In this document: in pieces, positions 1 through 11,253 of the stretch
Layout: each line of letters starts with the position of its first letter
Numbering within the stretch: position 1 is the stretch's first letter
Origin: Catajapyx aquilonaris
Taxonomy: Eukaryota
DNA: 64,000 nucleotides
Direction of reading: 5' to 3'
Assembly: GCA_000934665.2 (NCBI GenBank)
Contig: KZ537961.1
Location: 124,001-188,000, forward strand
Notes under the pieces: generated by a model
What the model saw: only the letters and a program-made list of their open reading frames with translations
What the model was told of the DNA's origin: nothing
Database searches by the model: none
Program-made: the position numbers and the translations under genes

Positions 1-564
1 ATTCTCTACACAGGCCAGCATGTCTGATGTGATTGATTCCACAGCAGCAACAATCCTGCGTTTCAACTCACACAGGCTGGTAGGTAGCCGTGGTACGAAG
101 ACCTGGTCCTTTACATATACCCTGAGGGAAAAAAGTCACATGGGGTGAGGTCGGGAGACCTTGGCGGCCACTGGAGAAAACCCAGATCTTGCTGACCGGC
201 ATGCCCGATCCGCCAATCCTTGCCCTTGCAAAGGCATCCCGTCGTCTGAAACTTCTGGAACCACCGTTGAATTATTGTAGGGAGGGGCGTAACGTCCTCC
301 GTACTGTCGCCGTAAGGCCTGCTGAACAGTAACTACCGAACCAAGCTTCGCAAACTGCAGGACACGGAACGTTTTCTGTTCGGGAGACACCATTTTGTGG
401 AGTGGCCCTGTGTGCCTCGCGGCAAAGTGCGGAACCAACTTTTCTGTGTGCAATAAAAACTCCCAAATGTGCTCTTTCGTTCTATGTCTGTCTTGTCATT
501 GCACACCGCATCTAATAGAAATTAAGCAACTTTCAAAAGTTGACAATCATTTAGGGACACCCTG
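1..564 (-). mobile_element. Internally deleted Tc1/mariner-superfamily DNA transposon, running off the window start
   Basis: TIR CAGGGTGTCCCTAAA ends at 564 next to TA. Minus-strand ATG at 393 gives an HTH-like N-terminus (MVSPEQKTFRVLQFAKLGSVVTVQQALRRQYG; after a frameshift IQRWFQKFQTTGCL). This is joined almost directly to the C-terminal motif WPPRSPDLTPCDFF and GYVKDQVF...ELKRRIVAAVESIT, so most of the catalytic core is missing. Confidence 0.85.
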
Positions 565-594
565 TATATATATACATATATTGTATACAGTATT

Positions 595-857
595 TTCTGC
601 TTCATTCTCCGGTGCAAGGAAACAGGGACAATGGGAAAGGATAGGGATTTTTGGGGAGGGAACAGGTGTGCAAGGTGCAATGTCGTAGCTAATGGGTCAT
701 GTGTTGTTCCCCAGGAGGTTAGGTTGCCAGACACCTCCTTATTGGTGCAGGTCAGAGACCCTCCCGACGCAGGTGAAAGGAAAGTTCCCCAGGCGGGGAT
801 CGAACCTGGGGCCTTTCACTCAGCAAGCCGTGACGTTTCCATCACGGCCACCACACC
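595..857 (-). mobile_element. tRNA-derived SINE-like element (tRNA-like head at 787-857)
   Basis: Minus strand reads GGTGTGGTGGCCGTGATGG...CCAGGTTCGATCCCCGCCTGGGG, with an A-box (TGGCCGTGATGG) and B-box (GGTTCGATCC) at tRNA spacing. The acceptor stem does not pair. About 190 bp of body follows, ending in an AT-rich tract; the 3' boundary is approximate. Confidence 0.6.
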
Positions 858-1431
858 TCCCCTTAAGGCAGTTATCACTTATTGAATGAGTCTTCACAAA
901 ATTACTCACTGCATGGGAATAGCAAGTTCCATAATATTCTCCGTCATTCCGCTAAAAAAATAAAATGATTATTACCGAAGACAAATTAATAATATTGATC
1001 GACGCACTTGTCAACCATTGATGTAGAGGCTATAACACACTTCATCGAGTAATATGGACTCCAATGCACTGGCCTACAGGTCTTAAGTCGCCGAATAGCA
1101 CCAGCAAGGTAATGGCGGATTACCTCCACGACCAGCCTCTTCCGCCCGGATCTACCGATGATCTCCCTTATAGGCCATTGAAACTACAATGTCGCTCCAG
1201 TTTTCTCGGTTGTCAATATCCTGAGTAATGAGGCTGCAGTCCAGGGCACATCTTTAAACATGTGATGGTTTCATGACAAACGCACCTTACACATGAACCT
1301 GAATTATTGCACCCCTAATTCTCTAACGTTAAGGCCCATTATTACGCATAATTTATTATAATATTGCAGAAGGTACATTTTGCATCAAGAGTGCGCTGTG
1401 CAGCAGTAGTGAGCCGCAGTTCAATGCAGGG

Positions 1432-3058
1432 TCATGCCTGCCAGTATGTCAAGCAGAATCCAACGTTGTCTTTATCACCGCTTGCGGTTTCCAAAGCGTC
1501 TGTTTCCACATGAATGGCGAATGGTTTGGCAGAAGCTGAAAGTCAAATTATTGTAGGTTTCTCTCCAATCAAGTGAAAATCTGCATAAGACACTTACTTT
1601 TAATGGGCTGGTTCGGCGAAGCAGTCTGGTCAGAAGAGGCCTGACGATTGAGAGCAGTCTCACAGAAAACAGTATCTGAATAACCCGGCGGCCCCCCGGT
1701 AGCATCAAGAATTTCTTCTCTTCCCAACATTTGAATGTAATCCTTCTCGCAATTAGTGTCTTGTAAAGCGATGGCGGTAATTGTGGCATCTCCACTCATG
1801 GAGAAGGATTTATCATCGCACACTTTCCACTGCCAAAAATGTGACATAGCCGGTGTTTCATTTGAGGGTCTTTTTGTACCTTACATGGTATACATACCGT
1901 AATGCTGTCCCTTCCAACTTCCCTCCTCACGCATGAAGTGTACTTCAAATTGGCCAAATGAGGTGGCAGACTGGGATTGTATCCAAGTATTTTCACTTGC
2001 CCCGTACCACCACTAGTGTAATAATACTGCAGACAACCATCCGGAGCTGTTGACAATTGCTTCACGTAAAACCTCGGATTTATTAACCACATATTGGCTT
2101 ACCTCTCAGTACGGAATTGCATTCGATCATTTGAATCCTATTCTTCCACTTCTTTGCATTACTCGTGCCCATGTAATTAAGCGTCATGTAGTCACTGCCT
2201 TCAAAATCCACGTATACTGTTTGAAATAAAAAAAAATGACAGTTTTCCACTCCGATATCTGCGTGTAAGTATATACTACGTCTGAATGGAGTTTGAAGTA
2301 CTCACTGTGCTCATTAGAGAAAGTACCACAAAGTGTGGGAACTTTGGACCTTGTACTGCCAGGAACGTCCACTGTGAAAGTGTCGGTCGTGCACACTCCT
2401 GTCGCAGAGTTCGGCGGGGTTAATGAAAAAACTTCAAAGTCTATTCGAACTTGGCAAATGTTCGGGGGCTGAAATTGTCCAACAGTATCAGTTACAGTTT
2501 CAATAAAAATAACAAAAACAAAACTCACCCTCCTGATAGTTATAGGACATTTTGACACCCCAGTTGTCGATGGATAATCCGGATTTTGAAAGTACGTGTC
2601 GTTTAGAAGCACCTGCTCATTACATGATGTCACCATGCCTAGATCATACAAAATAATGATTCCCTCTCAAATATTCAGAGCGTAAAATTCCCGTAGCTCT
2701 TACCTACGCAACAAACGCCGTAACCATTTGCACAGCTTCCGGTGCCAATCCCGCCTTTTCTTCCGCACTCATATCTGCAAAATCACAAATTAATTTTCGA
2801 TCCGAATATGTAACGTCATCTGTACTTACTTGGAATAACAGGTGCCATAATATCCCATAAAATTCTGGCATGGACCAGCCACAATGTTCACAATGTACGG
2901 AAAAACTATCAACAAAATCATTGTCACAAACGGGCCACAATATTAACCAAAAATCACTTACATTTTCCTATTCTGGACGACGAATGTACCGAGAAGCACG
3001 TAACACTGGTCAGAACCACCAAAATAGTACAGACCACTAGACAGGCGTGTCTGGACAT
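1432..3058 (-). CDS. Secreted arthropod CUB-domain protein, paralog 1 (signal peptide + Cys-rich module + CUB-type core), 371 aa, 9 exons
   Basis: Exons 3058-2962, 2905-2830, 2774-2704, 2638-2529, 2468-2306, 2216-2103, 2046-1898, 1829-1598, 1535-1432. All introns GT-AG with consistent phase; 1116 nt. Motifs: hydrophobic leader MSRHACLVVCTILVVLTSVTC, GTCYSKYECGRKGGIGTGSCANGYGVCC, YFQNPDYP, ICQVRIDF, LCGTFSNEHIYVD, APDGCLQYY, DYIQ, PFAIHVETD, GFCLTYWQA*. Confidence 0.9.
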
Positions 3059-3275
3059 GATGTGATCGAGTCTCGTGTACAAATGACTCGGAACAACATA
3101 GTAGCAGGTGCCGTATATATACTGTATCTATGTTTCATCAGGACACAGTCACGTTATACAAACGGTCATAAAATTTTTTACAAAACCTCAGATGTGGCTT
3201 AATTAAACAATCTTATGTTTGCAGTGTAAATGAAGCTTGTCTCTTTTGCAAGTGGGTCGGTGATAGACGGGCCGT

Positions 3276-3736
3276 TAGGGTTGTTACAGGTGAGCCCACC
3301 TTTAAAAACCCCACTAAAAACCCACCTTATATAAAACCCACTAAAAAATAAAAATCCATCTTGGCTTTTCCAGTTTTTCATCCTAATGTTGAAATATTTT
3401 TAAGTGTATTCGACACACCGACACCGTCCACAACACAACTCCAACTCGTCAACTCCCACTCTCCCAGTCTGGCAGTCTCCCAGCCAAGATCCAATTTGAA
3501 AATTCGAACTGCATAATTGAGGAATTCCCTCGCATCTTGCACAGCCATTGGTTCTCCCGAGTGGCGCATCATTTAATAGCGTCCAAGATTTAAGTGAACA
3601 TTACGCAGTGATGAAACGAAACATAAAATTGCCAGAAAAACCTCCAAAACCCAATAAAACAAAAAAAAACAATAAAATCCAATAAACCCCGTGTGGGTTG
3701 GGGTTTTTTTTTTAACCCGGGTTTTTTCTAACCCTG
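3276..3736. mobile_element. Degenerate non-autonomous DNA element with hAT-like ends
   Basis: Left end TAGGGTT followed by AAAACCC-rich subterminal repeats; right end GGGTTTTTTCTAACCCTG. No clear target-site duplication. Confidence 0.4.
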
Positions 3737-4067
3737 GTTAAGACCACAGAGCATCTTCCTGGTACCTTTCCTGGAAATCTTTCCTGGAAACCAGGTTGAC
3801 TCCTGCTGACCCCACAACCAGGAATCATCAATGGCTTTCCAAGGCCCTTCGCACATTTCTTATTTGGCACCAAGAGGAACGCGCTTCTATTTTATCTATG
3901 TAGGACGTAGTGACCAACCGGATGGCCAAGGCCGAGATGGCAGCTCTTAGACCACTTTTGAAAAAAAATGCGCCTACTTTTTCAGACACGTGGTTCGATC
4001 ACAGCTAGTTAGATGGAGTTGGCAGAAAGAGGATGCTGACTAGAGACTTTTGCGGGCACGTGGCGAA

Positions 4068-4126
4068 GTATGTCCGACCGTTATTGGCGGTTATTGCCAA
4101 TAACCGCCAATAACGGTCGGACATAC
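4068..4126. repeat. Perfect inverted repeat, 29-bp arms, 1-nt spacer
   Basis: gtatgtccgaccgttattggcggttattg-c-caataaccgccaataacggtcggacatac. Confidence 0.95.
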
Positions 4127-5080
4127 GTCGTCTTATTTGGTTCATTTTGAGCGAATAGACGTACCTAGATTACTGTTCCGGTTTTACTATTTGTTGATTA
4201 CTCAACTTTGTATGTTCTACAAGTGCTGCCTCCTATAGCCAGTCACGCACACAACCTTTTACCAGACCACATAAGTTTGTTTGCATTCCTATTCGTCAGG
4301 AAATAAATTAAGCCAATTTGGAAGCCGCCTCTTGTCCCCACCGCTTTCTTTTCGTGTCCCTATCCTTCCCAACCATACCCCCTCCTGGTGGAAACAGCCC
4401 ACCTGACTAGGATTTATGGACACTTGGTCAAAATCGCTAATTTGATCTCGACTGGGGGGCAGAAGATCCATCAAATGGAGGCGAAAGACGGATGACTGAG
4501 GCGTCCAAGAGGAATCCTGGCCGGAAGGAGAAACACCATTTCTTCTCCTAGACATAGGCACGTATTCAATCCTAGTCATGGGGAACCTACGCTCTATAGA
4601 GAAACACTCTAAATCTCTGCAAAAATAGGACTGGCAAAGAGGGGTATAGGGGGCCACCTTATTATTGCGACCATAAATATGTCTGGGTGAGAGTGGGGAT
4701 GAACCTGAGGAAGATTGGTGCTGGCCACATTCATCAGTTGCCACATGAGTACGGTAATTGCCAGGACGGATGGTGCAGCTGTATGGCGCCAGGAGTCGCA
4801 CTGGTAGGAAGGTTAAAAGGAGGAAAATTAGTCGCGTGTGTATACACTACCTGGAGATATGGAGTACTGACATAATGATTACGTACTGTACATATCAGTT
4901 TTTCCTTGTAGGGGGCAAAAATTAGCACTTGTACTTAAGTGGAAAAAATATTATGACTAAGCAAAAAATATTATCGGCAAAAATAATGGAAGAGATAATA
5001 GAGAGAAGCTTGATATGGGATCGATTGATTATACAACAAAATATCGGGATACTAACAGCAACGACGCAATAGCAGTTACT

Positions 5081-6425
5081 ATGTTGGTGTGTAAGATGTT
5101 GTGGACCCTGATAGTATTTTCATTTTCAATTACTGCGATATTCGCAAAAGTGGAGTTGCATTCGGCCCAACACAATTTGCCCCAAGGTAAGGACATAGTT
5201 TTTGTCGCGAAAATAATTGGTCGATTAAGCACCTTGTTAATTACAGTTTTCGACACCGATGCATGCAATCAACAAATCACCACTAACGGGTCATATTTCC
5301 AGAACCCTAATTATCCGGAACCATACAGACGAAGCGGGCCATGCGCAGTTCTTGTGTCCCTTTCGGTAATGGACAACAATCAGCCCTGCAACAATCCTAT
5401 TCATTAAAGTTCATTATTGTTTCAGGGTCAGTCGTACCGCCAGGTTTACCAACTGCGACTTGACCTGGAAGATGTGTCTCTCTCTCCACCGAATTCAGAT
5501 GGCATCTGTGATATGGACAGGATAGAAATCGGCGGAACCGACTCTGAAAACATACCACAGTTATGCGGGGTGTTTCAAAATCAACACAGTAAGTGCGCAC
5601 AAAATTAACATAGGTCAAATTATGACATAATTACTCTTCAAGTGTATGTGAGCCTTGGTGACAGCGACTGGATAACGATCACCGTCACTTCAAGATCTAC
5701 TTATCCAAAAAGGTGGAAGGTTAAGATAACCATGGTCGACTCATCTGCTGTACAAGGTACACATGCATCATATTCTGCGATTACTCTGCTAAAATCTTGA
5801 TTGTGCAGCTCCTGATGGATGTCTCCAGTATTACTATGGTAATACCAGTGGTAGCGTCAAGATTTTGGGATACAATCAGTTTCAACCCCCACATTTGGCC
5901 AACTTGGACTACACCCTGTGTGTCAGGAAGGAAGCAGGGTTTCGCAGTATTCAGGCACGTTCAGCTATTCAATATCTTAAAATAATTCAGAGATATCAAT
6001 TACAAAATATGGTTTGCAGTGGTCTGCATGCAGATCGTCCAGAAATGCATTCACCATGACTGGAAATGCTACCATGCCTAGAGCCTATCAAGATGGATAT
6101 TGCCAGACAGATTACATACAGATATTCGGCAGAGTCCGTATACAAACAGGGCCTGGAATGAGTTTACTTGCTGATAACATTTTTTGCGGAACAATTTTAA
6201 GTACCGACGTGGCAGGAACTTCTTCCAGTGTTATCTACAGTGAGTACGGAATGCAGGTTGAGTATATACCTTATGAAAACAATGTTGCTTACAGGTCGAG
6301 CAAAGCCATTTATGATGCGTGTTGTGACTGATTCGAGTGAGCCAGAAGCGACTGATTCGAATAACATTGGATTCTGCTTGGATTATGTTCATCAGCCGGA
6401 AGAGAAAACCAAAAGCACTGCCTAA
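5081..6425 (+). CDS. Secreted CUB-domain protein, paralog 2 (no N-terminal Cys-rich module), 332 aa, 7 exons
   Basis: Exons 5081-5186, 5247-5365, 5426-5588, 5643-5756, 5809-5954, 6020-6239, 6295-6425 (999 nt). Intron 5955-6019 is GC-AG. Hydrophobic leader; motifs YFQNPNYP, QLRLDLE, LCGVFQNQHMYV, APDGCLQYYYG, HLANLDYTLCVRKE, CQTDYIQI, GFCLDY. AATAAA at about 6586. The start could instead be the ATG at 5096. Confidence 0.88.
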
Positions 6426-6963
6426 TAATACAGTATTATACTGTATAGTGACATGATTATAGTTAGATGGCAGAATCTGTAAACCTCAGCCAACCCTATA
6501 TACAACTGTTGAATTCCATTATCTGATTTGGATCAGTATGGTTTCCCTGAACCAACTTTATTATGGAAATATTATTATTAGATGAAATAAAATATATTAG
6601 GTCGCCCGAATAAATATATGCACAAAAATAACAGCTTCGGGCGAAAGTTCCAATAGCTGAAAAACTTGTAACGCACTACATAAAAAGTTGACAAAGTTTT
6701 ATAAGATTAAGTTATCGTTCATCTAAAGGTGAAATTGTGCAGCCTGTGATATCATGGTATTGTGACAGATAAACTGTCCTGAACCGGAGCACCCTTACGT
6801 GAAACTGCTACGGTCACAGTATCACTGTGATCGCAATGAGATAAGCAAAGGGACGTTGCCCCTATCTACTGAAGACACAACGACACAATAATCCAGAGCC
6901 TGATCCGGAGAGGTTTGGAGCAAAGTTCACTGCAGCAGACACAGGTCAGGTCAGGTCCGTGAC

Positions 6964-9112
6964 ATGGAGGTTGTCTGGCCCATCAGGTGTGGCTACCAGA
7001 CACGTTTGGTTGTCGTCTGCCTGCTTGCTTTCATATTGGGAGGCAGCTCGGATTTCATCAAGGTTTTGGATCCGGAAGTGGACTCGTCAGGATGGATCCT
7101 TGCTGGCCTGACGTATGTCAAAAGTGCAAAGGATATCGACAAGGCCATTTTAGCAATTGAGCCAGAAGTGGCTAACCTGGAGGGAGAAGGAATCTATTGG
7201 GCGTACATGACGTACGTGCAAGTATTGAAGGACCCGAACGTCGCCCCTCACAGAGGTGTTCACGTTAACTTGAGATATTACATCAACGGTGACAGTCAGA
7301 TCGTCGTAGCTCCCATCTACGACAACGAAACAGGGGAGTGCCCGATCAGTTACACCGGATCTGCAGTGGAGTGGCAGACCATCAACCAAACCATTTCCAA
7401 AGATCAGGTACGAGCTGTACTAGGTCTATACTCTCGTCATATCCATCATTGATGATAACTCTTTGTATCGGTAACTAACTAAATCGTAGGAAGTCAGTCG
7501 TTTGGGCATCTAACCAGCTTGCATGACTTGTTTAATAAATACCGGTAATGACTTCCTATGCTGAATACTCTACCTGTCTAGCTCTCTAGCACACCACATG
7601 TCACAATTGCAGTTTCGCATGTGGGACTACCTCATCGGCAGATCAGACGTGTTCATCCTGATCGAGAGCCTTCAGGTGGTGCTGACTGATGACATCCCTG
7701 TCTTTCCCATGCCTTGCCCGATAGGACCAGTACACACAACTTCAAGTGCTCCCACTACAAATCCAACTACAAAAACTGCCAGTACATCTCCATATCCAAC
7801 TACAAGTCAGTAGAATAGCTAGAGTATTGCATATAATTTTATGAAATGTGCTATTCCTTTCAATTTCCATTGACATAGCTTTAAAATAATGATACAAATA
7901 AGACAGAATATATGCACAAGACCTTCTTTGTTCCGATCACGAAGATTTTGAAACATTGCAGCTCCTCCGTCCACTACATGCCATCTATACGTAACTGCAA
8001 ATGAGAGTCATTTTATAAGCCCCAATTATCCGGGAGTGTACAACAATTTAGGAAGTTGCATCGCCATCGTTCCCAAGGTATGCCACACATGATGATATAA
8101 CTTACCCCTAGAGAGAGCTGTAGCAACAATGAAAGTCGATTTGCACTTTACAGCTACCCAATGTTGTTCAACTGCGTTTGGATATTGAGGGCTTTATATC
8201 GGACCCAAATGCAGACGGGGTGTGCGTCACAGACATGCTGGATATTGTAGGATCCGATGAGAAACATGTTCCGCAACTTTGTGGCATATTCGCAGGACAG
8301 CATAGTAATGATCAACCGTATCTCATGTAACATTACAAAAATATTACAATGTACAAATCTCGCAGTGTACTTGAACTTCGGAAGCAGCAACTTCATGTCT
8401 TTCAACATCACATCACTTTCCACCGGAGACAAAATATGGAATATTAAAATAACGATGATTGAACCTAACTCTTCTGCAGTAATGGGTAAATGATGTGGAT
8501 TATTGACACACGCTTAGTCACTGGTTGTAATATTCTCAGCACCCGATGGCTGCATGCAATATTACTACGGAGCACCCAGTGGACGAGCCACAATACTCGG
8601 ATACAACCAGTTTCAACCACACACACCCCACTTGGCCAATTTGGATTACACCCTGTGTGTCAGGAAGGAGATGGGCTTTTCTGCCATTCAGGTAATCCCA
8701 CGCATTACATTGGTAATAATAGCAATGAGTATGTGCATTATTTACTCCATAGTGGTCTGCTTGTGAGCAACTCGGATCTTTCTCAATGTCAATGGACGCC
8801 TACAAACCAAGAGCGTATCATGATGAGTTCTGTCAGAATGATTATATTCAAGTGCTGGGCAGTACCACGATACCATATGGCATGCTGACTCACAACATAT
8901 TCTGTGGATCTGCTCTGAGTGCTGTAGACGGTGCTTACAATTCAACACCAATATTAAGTAAGTTCAATGTGATGATCTGTCAACTTAGGGTTAACTGGGA
9001 CCTTTCATTTCCAGGTGATGTGAGGCCATTTCTTGTTCACGTCAGAACAGATGATAACGAGGAATTTGATAAATACAATTCAGGATTCTGCTTAGATTAC
9101 AAGCAGTTGTAA
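6964..9112 (+). CDS. Secreted CUB-domain protein, paralog 3, with an extra N-terminal domain and Thr/Ser/Pro linker, 492 aa, 8 exons
   Basis: Exons 6964-7407, 7613-7805, 7962-8077, 8154-8304, 8366-8485, 8540-8691, 8753-8957, 9015-9112 (1479 nt, all GT-AG, phases consistent). Core motifs FISPNYP, QLRLDIE, LCGIFAGQHMYL, APDGCMQYYYG, CQNDYIQV, PFLVHVRTD, GFCLDYKQL*. The join from exon 2 to the core (donor A|gtcagt) is less certain than the core itself. Confidence 0.8.
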
Positions 9113-9617
9113 CGCACACGCTGAGAAAAATTAACCTTATGGAAATAATATTTTGCCGATATGGAGCAATTGATATATTTTGAAATTATTTCCTGTTTAC
9201 AGCAGGATAGCTGAACTCGAGAAACTTTTCATCTTTCATATTACTGCACATGCGCAGGCGCCTAGACCATTAAAAATTTAGCAAAAGTCGTTTTTTGGAA
9301 ACCCATACCTATACAAGCTGTCATTATGTTCCCGGCAATTATTCCACTCATTGTGGTACAACCGCTCTTTGAAATATAATTATTATTTCATATTTACACT
9401 CCGAATATGTTTATGCAGTCCGCCATTCCTGCTCAACGTTCCTAAAAGCCCGCTAGATGGGAGCGCATCACACAGCAGTCATTTTCCATGAAAGGAACTG
9501 CTACATCTGGCGAGGAGAAATCACACTATGACCGGAATGTCCGCAACAATGTTGGCTCAACAATTGTCTGGAATTGAACCCCAAGCTCACCAAACAAGAA
9601 GAAATCATCCTTGAGAT

Positions 9618-9623
9618 TTTATT
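9618..9623 (-). other. Candidate vg polyadenylation signal (implies a ~1.6 kb 3' UTR)
   Basis: AATAAA on the minus strand followed by a T/GT-rich tract (TTTCTTCTTGTTTGGT). Other AATAAA hexamers lie nearer the stop codon (about 10282 and 10509). Confidence 0.35.
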
Positions 9624-11203
9624 AAAGTGGTGATTAATTTATAGCCTATTTACATAAACCACATGGCTTTGCAAAATAACTGCAACGAATAACAACAAAG
9701 TCCCAGTAGTGGATCTCTGACTAGTGACAATAATACCAAAAGAAAAAAAAGGTCAGGTAAGGGGGGGAGGGTCAAGAGGTCAAGAATCAGCTGTACTGGG
9801 AAAACAGCCTATACACCATCGCTACTCTATATAGGTCGGGGTCAAAGGTCAGCAGCAGGAAAGAAGTAAAATCAGACTTCACACTTCCTTCTCAATAGTT
9901 ACGTCATAAATTGCGCTCCTTTAATAATTAAAATTTCTTAAGGCAGCATTAAATTAAAAACCTTTTTGATCTCAACAATTCCGGCTCGCTAATCCTACTT
10001 AAAAACCACTCATTACAGACAGAAAAACTCTGCAATTGGCATACCGGTAATTAAAGCGTGGACATATACCCGGTTCCCGGAGAAAGGCATTTAGAACAGT
10101 AGCAGAAAAATTCTTGTACTAGTTTTCTTAAAACAATTTAACCCTTCCGAGACGGCTAAGCATTGTTGATTTGCGTGTGAACCTCTTTGTCTTAATTACG
10201 CTCTCATTCAAATACCTGTAGTTAATGAGCAAAAAAAAACTAACAAGTGGACACTTCACTTACGGTTTGGTCCTGCTGTCTTTTATTGTTATTTTTGGCA
10301 GAGTTTTGCGACTCTTTGGAATGATTCAGAAATTGCAAAAAAAATATGCATGCTGACAGTTGTGCTGTATTTTAGCAATAATAGCGGGAGAAAATAATTT
10401 CGCATCATTTTATGTACCGCTCCTCCCCCCAAAAAATATTAGCACCAAAAAACATCCCAATATTTTTCCCCCATTTAAAAAAATCAGTGCATATGTGCTC
10501 CAGCTTAAATTTATTCCCGGCTTAACTTATTTTCTCCCAAAATAAAAAAGTGCTGCCATCCCGTGAAAATTAAAAAAAAAAAAAATCCTCCCTAGAAATA
10601 GACCACAATGATGCTGTGCATATTATTTATGGACCTCACTCATTAACGTCTGCATATGGAAATAACCTGTCTCCTTAATTTGCATCAGGTTTGTTACAAA
10701 CCTGTCGAAGACTATTGAGTCTGTGCCAAAATGGCGGGGATTGGAGGACTCGGGGGGGTGGGTTGGGTAAAGAAATCAATGTGGCATGCCACAAGAGACA
10801 CTTCGACGATGAACAAGAACTTCAACTATGTTGATAGTTTTGAAAGTAGAGGAAGAGGATTGGTTGTCAAAGCGTCAACAGATGGCTTTCAATAGTTTTC
10901 GACGCAAGTGTGCCACATTAATAAATACTATAATGGAGTCCCAATAATACACACACCTTTGCTAGAGCGAGAAGATGAGAATATAGATCCACATGGAAGA
11001 GAAGAAGGGGGGGAAACAATGCACCTCCTTTGTTGACGAGGTTCTGTACAATGCACGTCTTTTGAACGTGTCCTATGAACGGTTGCTGCACTGTTTTAGC
11101 ACCTCAGAACCGGAAGGCTGGCTCGGAAGGAAAGCCCAGGAAGGACCGGTACACTTTGTCCCATTGTCCGGATTCGTCCATTTGACACGCGTCCCACTGG
11201 GCT

Positions 11204-11253
11204 TCAGAACCAGTAGAGGTCCTTGCCGGGTTCCTGCACGGGGGCTTCCAGAC
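11204..11253 (-). CDS. vg: vg coding exon 4 (GLEAPVQEPGKDLYWF*)
   Basis: Acceptor ttccag, in phase with exon 3; conserved Vg C-terminus ending DLYWF; not in the ORF track. Confidence 0.92.

Noticed and set aside
787..857. Functional tRNA gene
   Set aside because: A and B boxes are present, but the acceptor and anticodon stems pair poorly and no poly-T terminator follows.
8958..9014. Stop-free in-frame introns (also 2469-2528 and 5187-5246) read as coding by the ORF track
   Set aside because: They have strong splice signals, and the homologous introns in paralogs do not preserve the frame.
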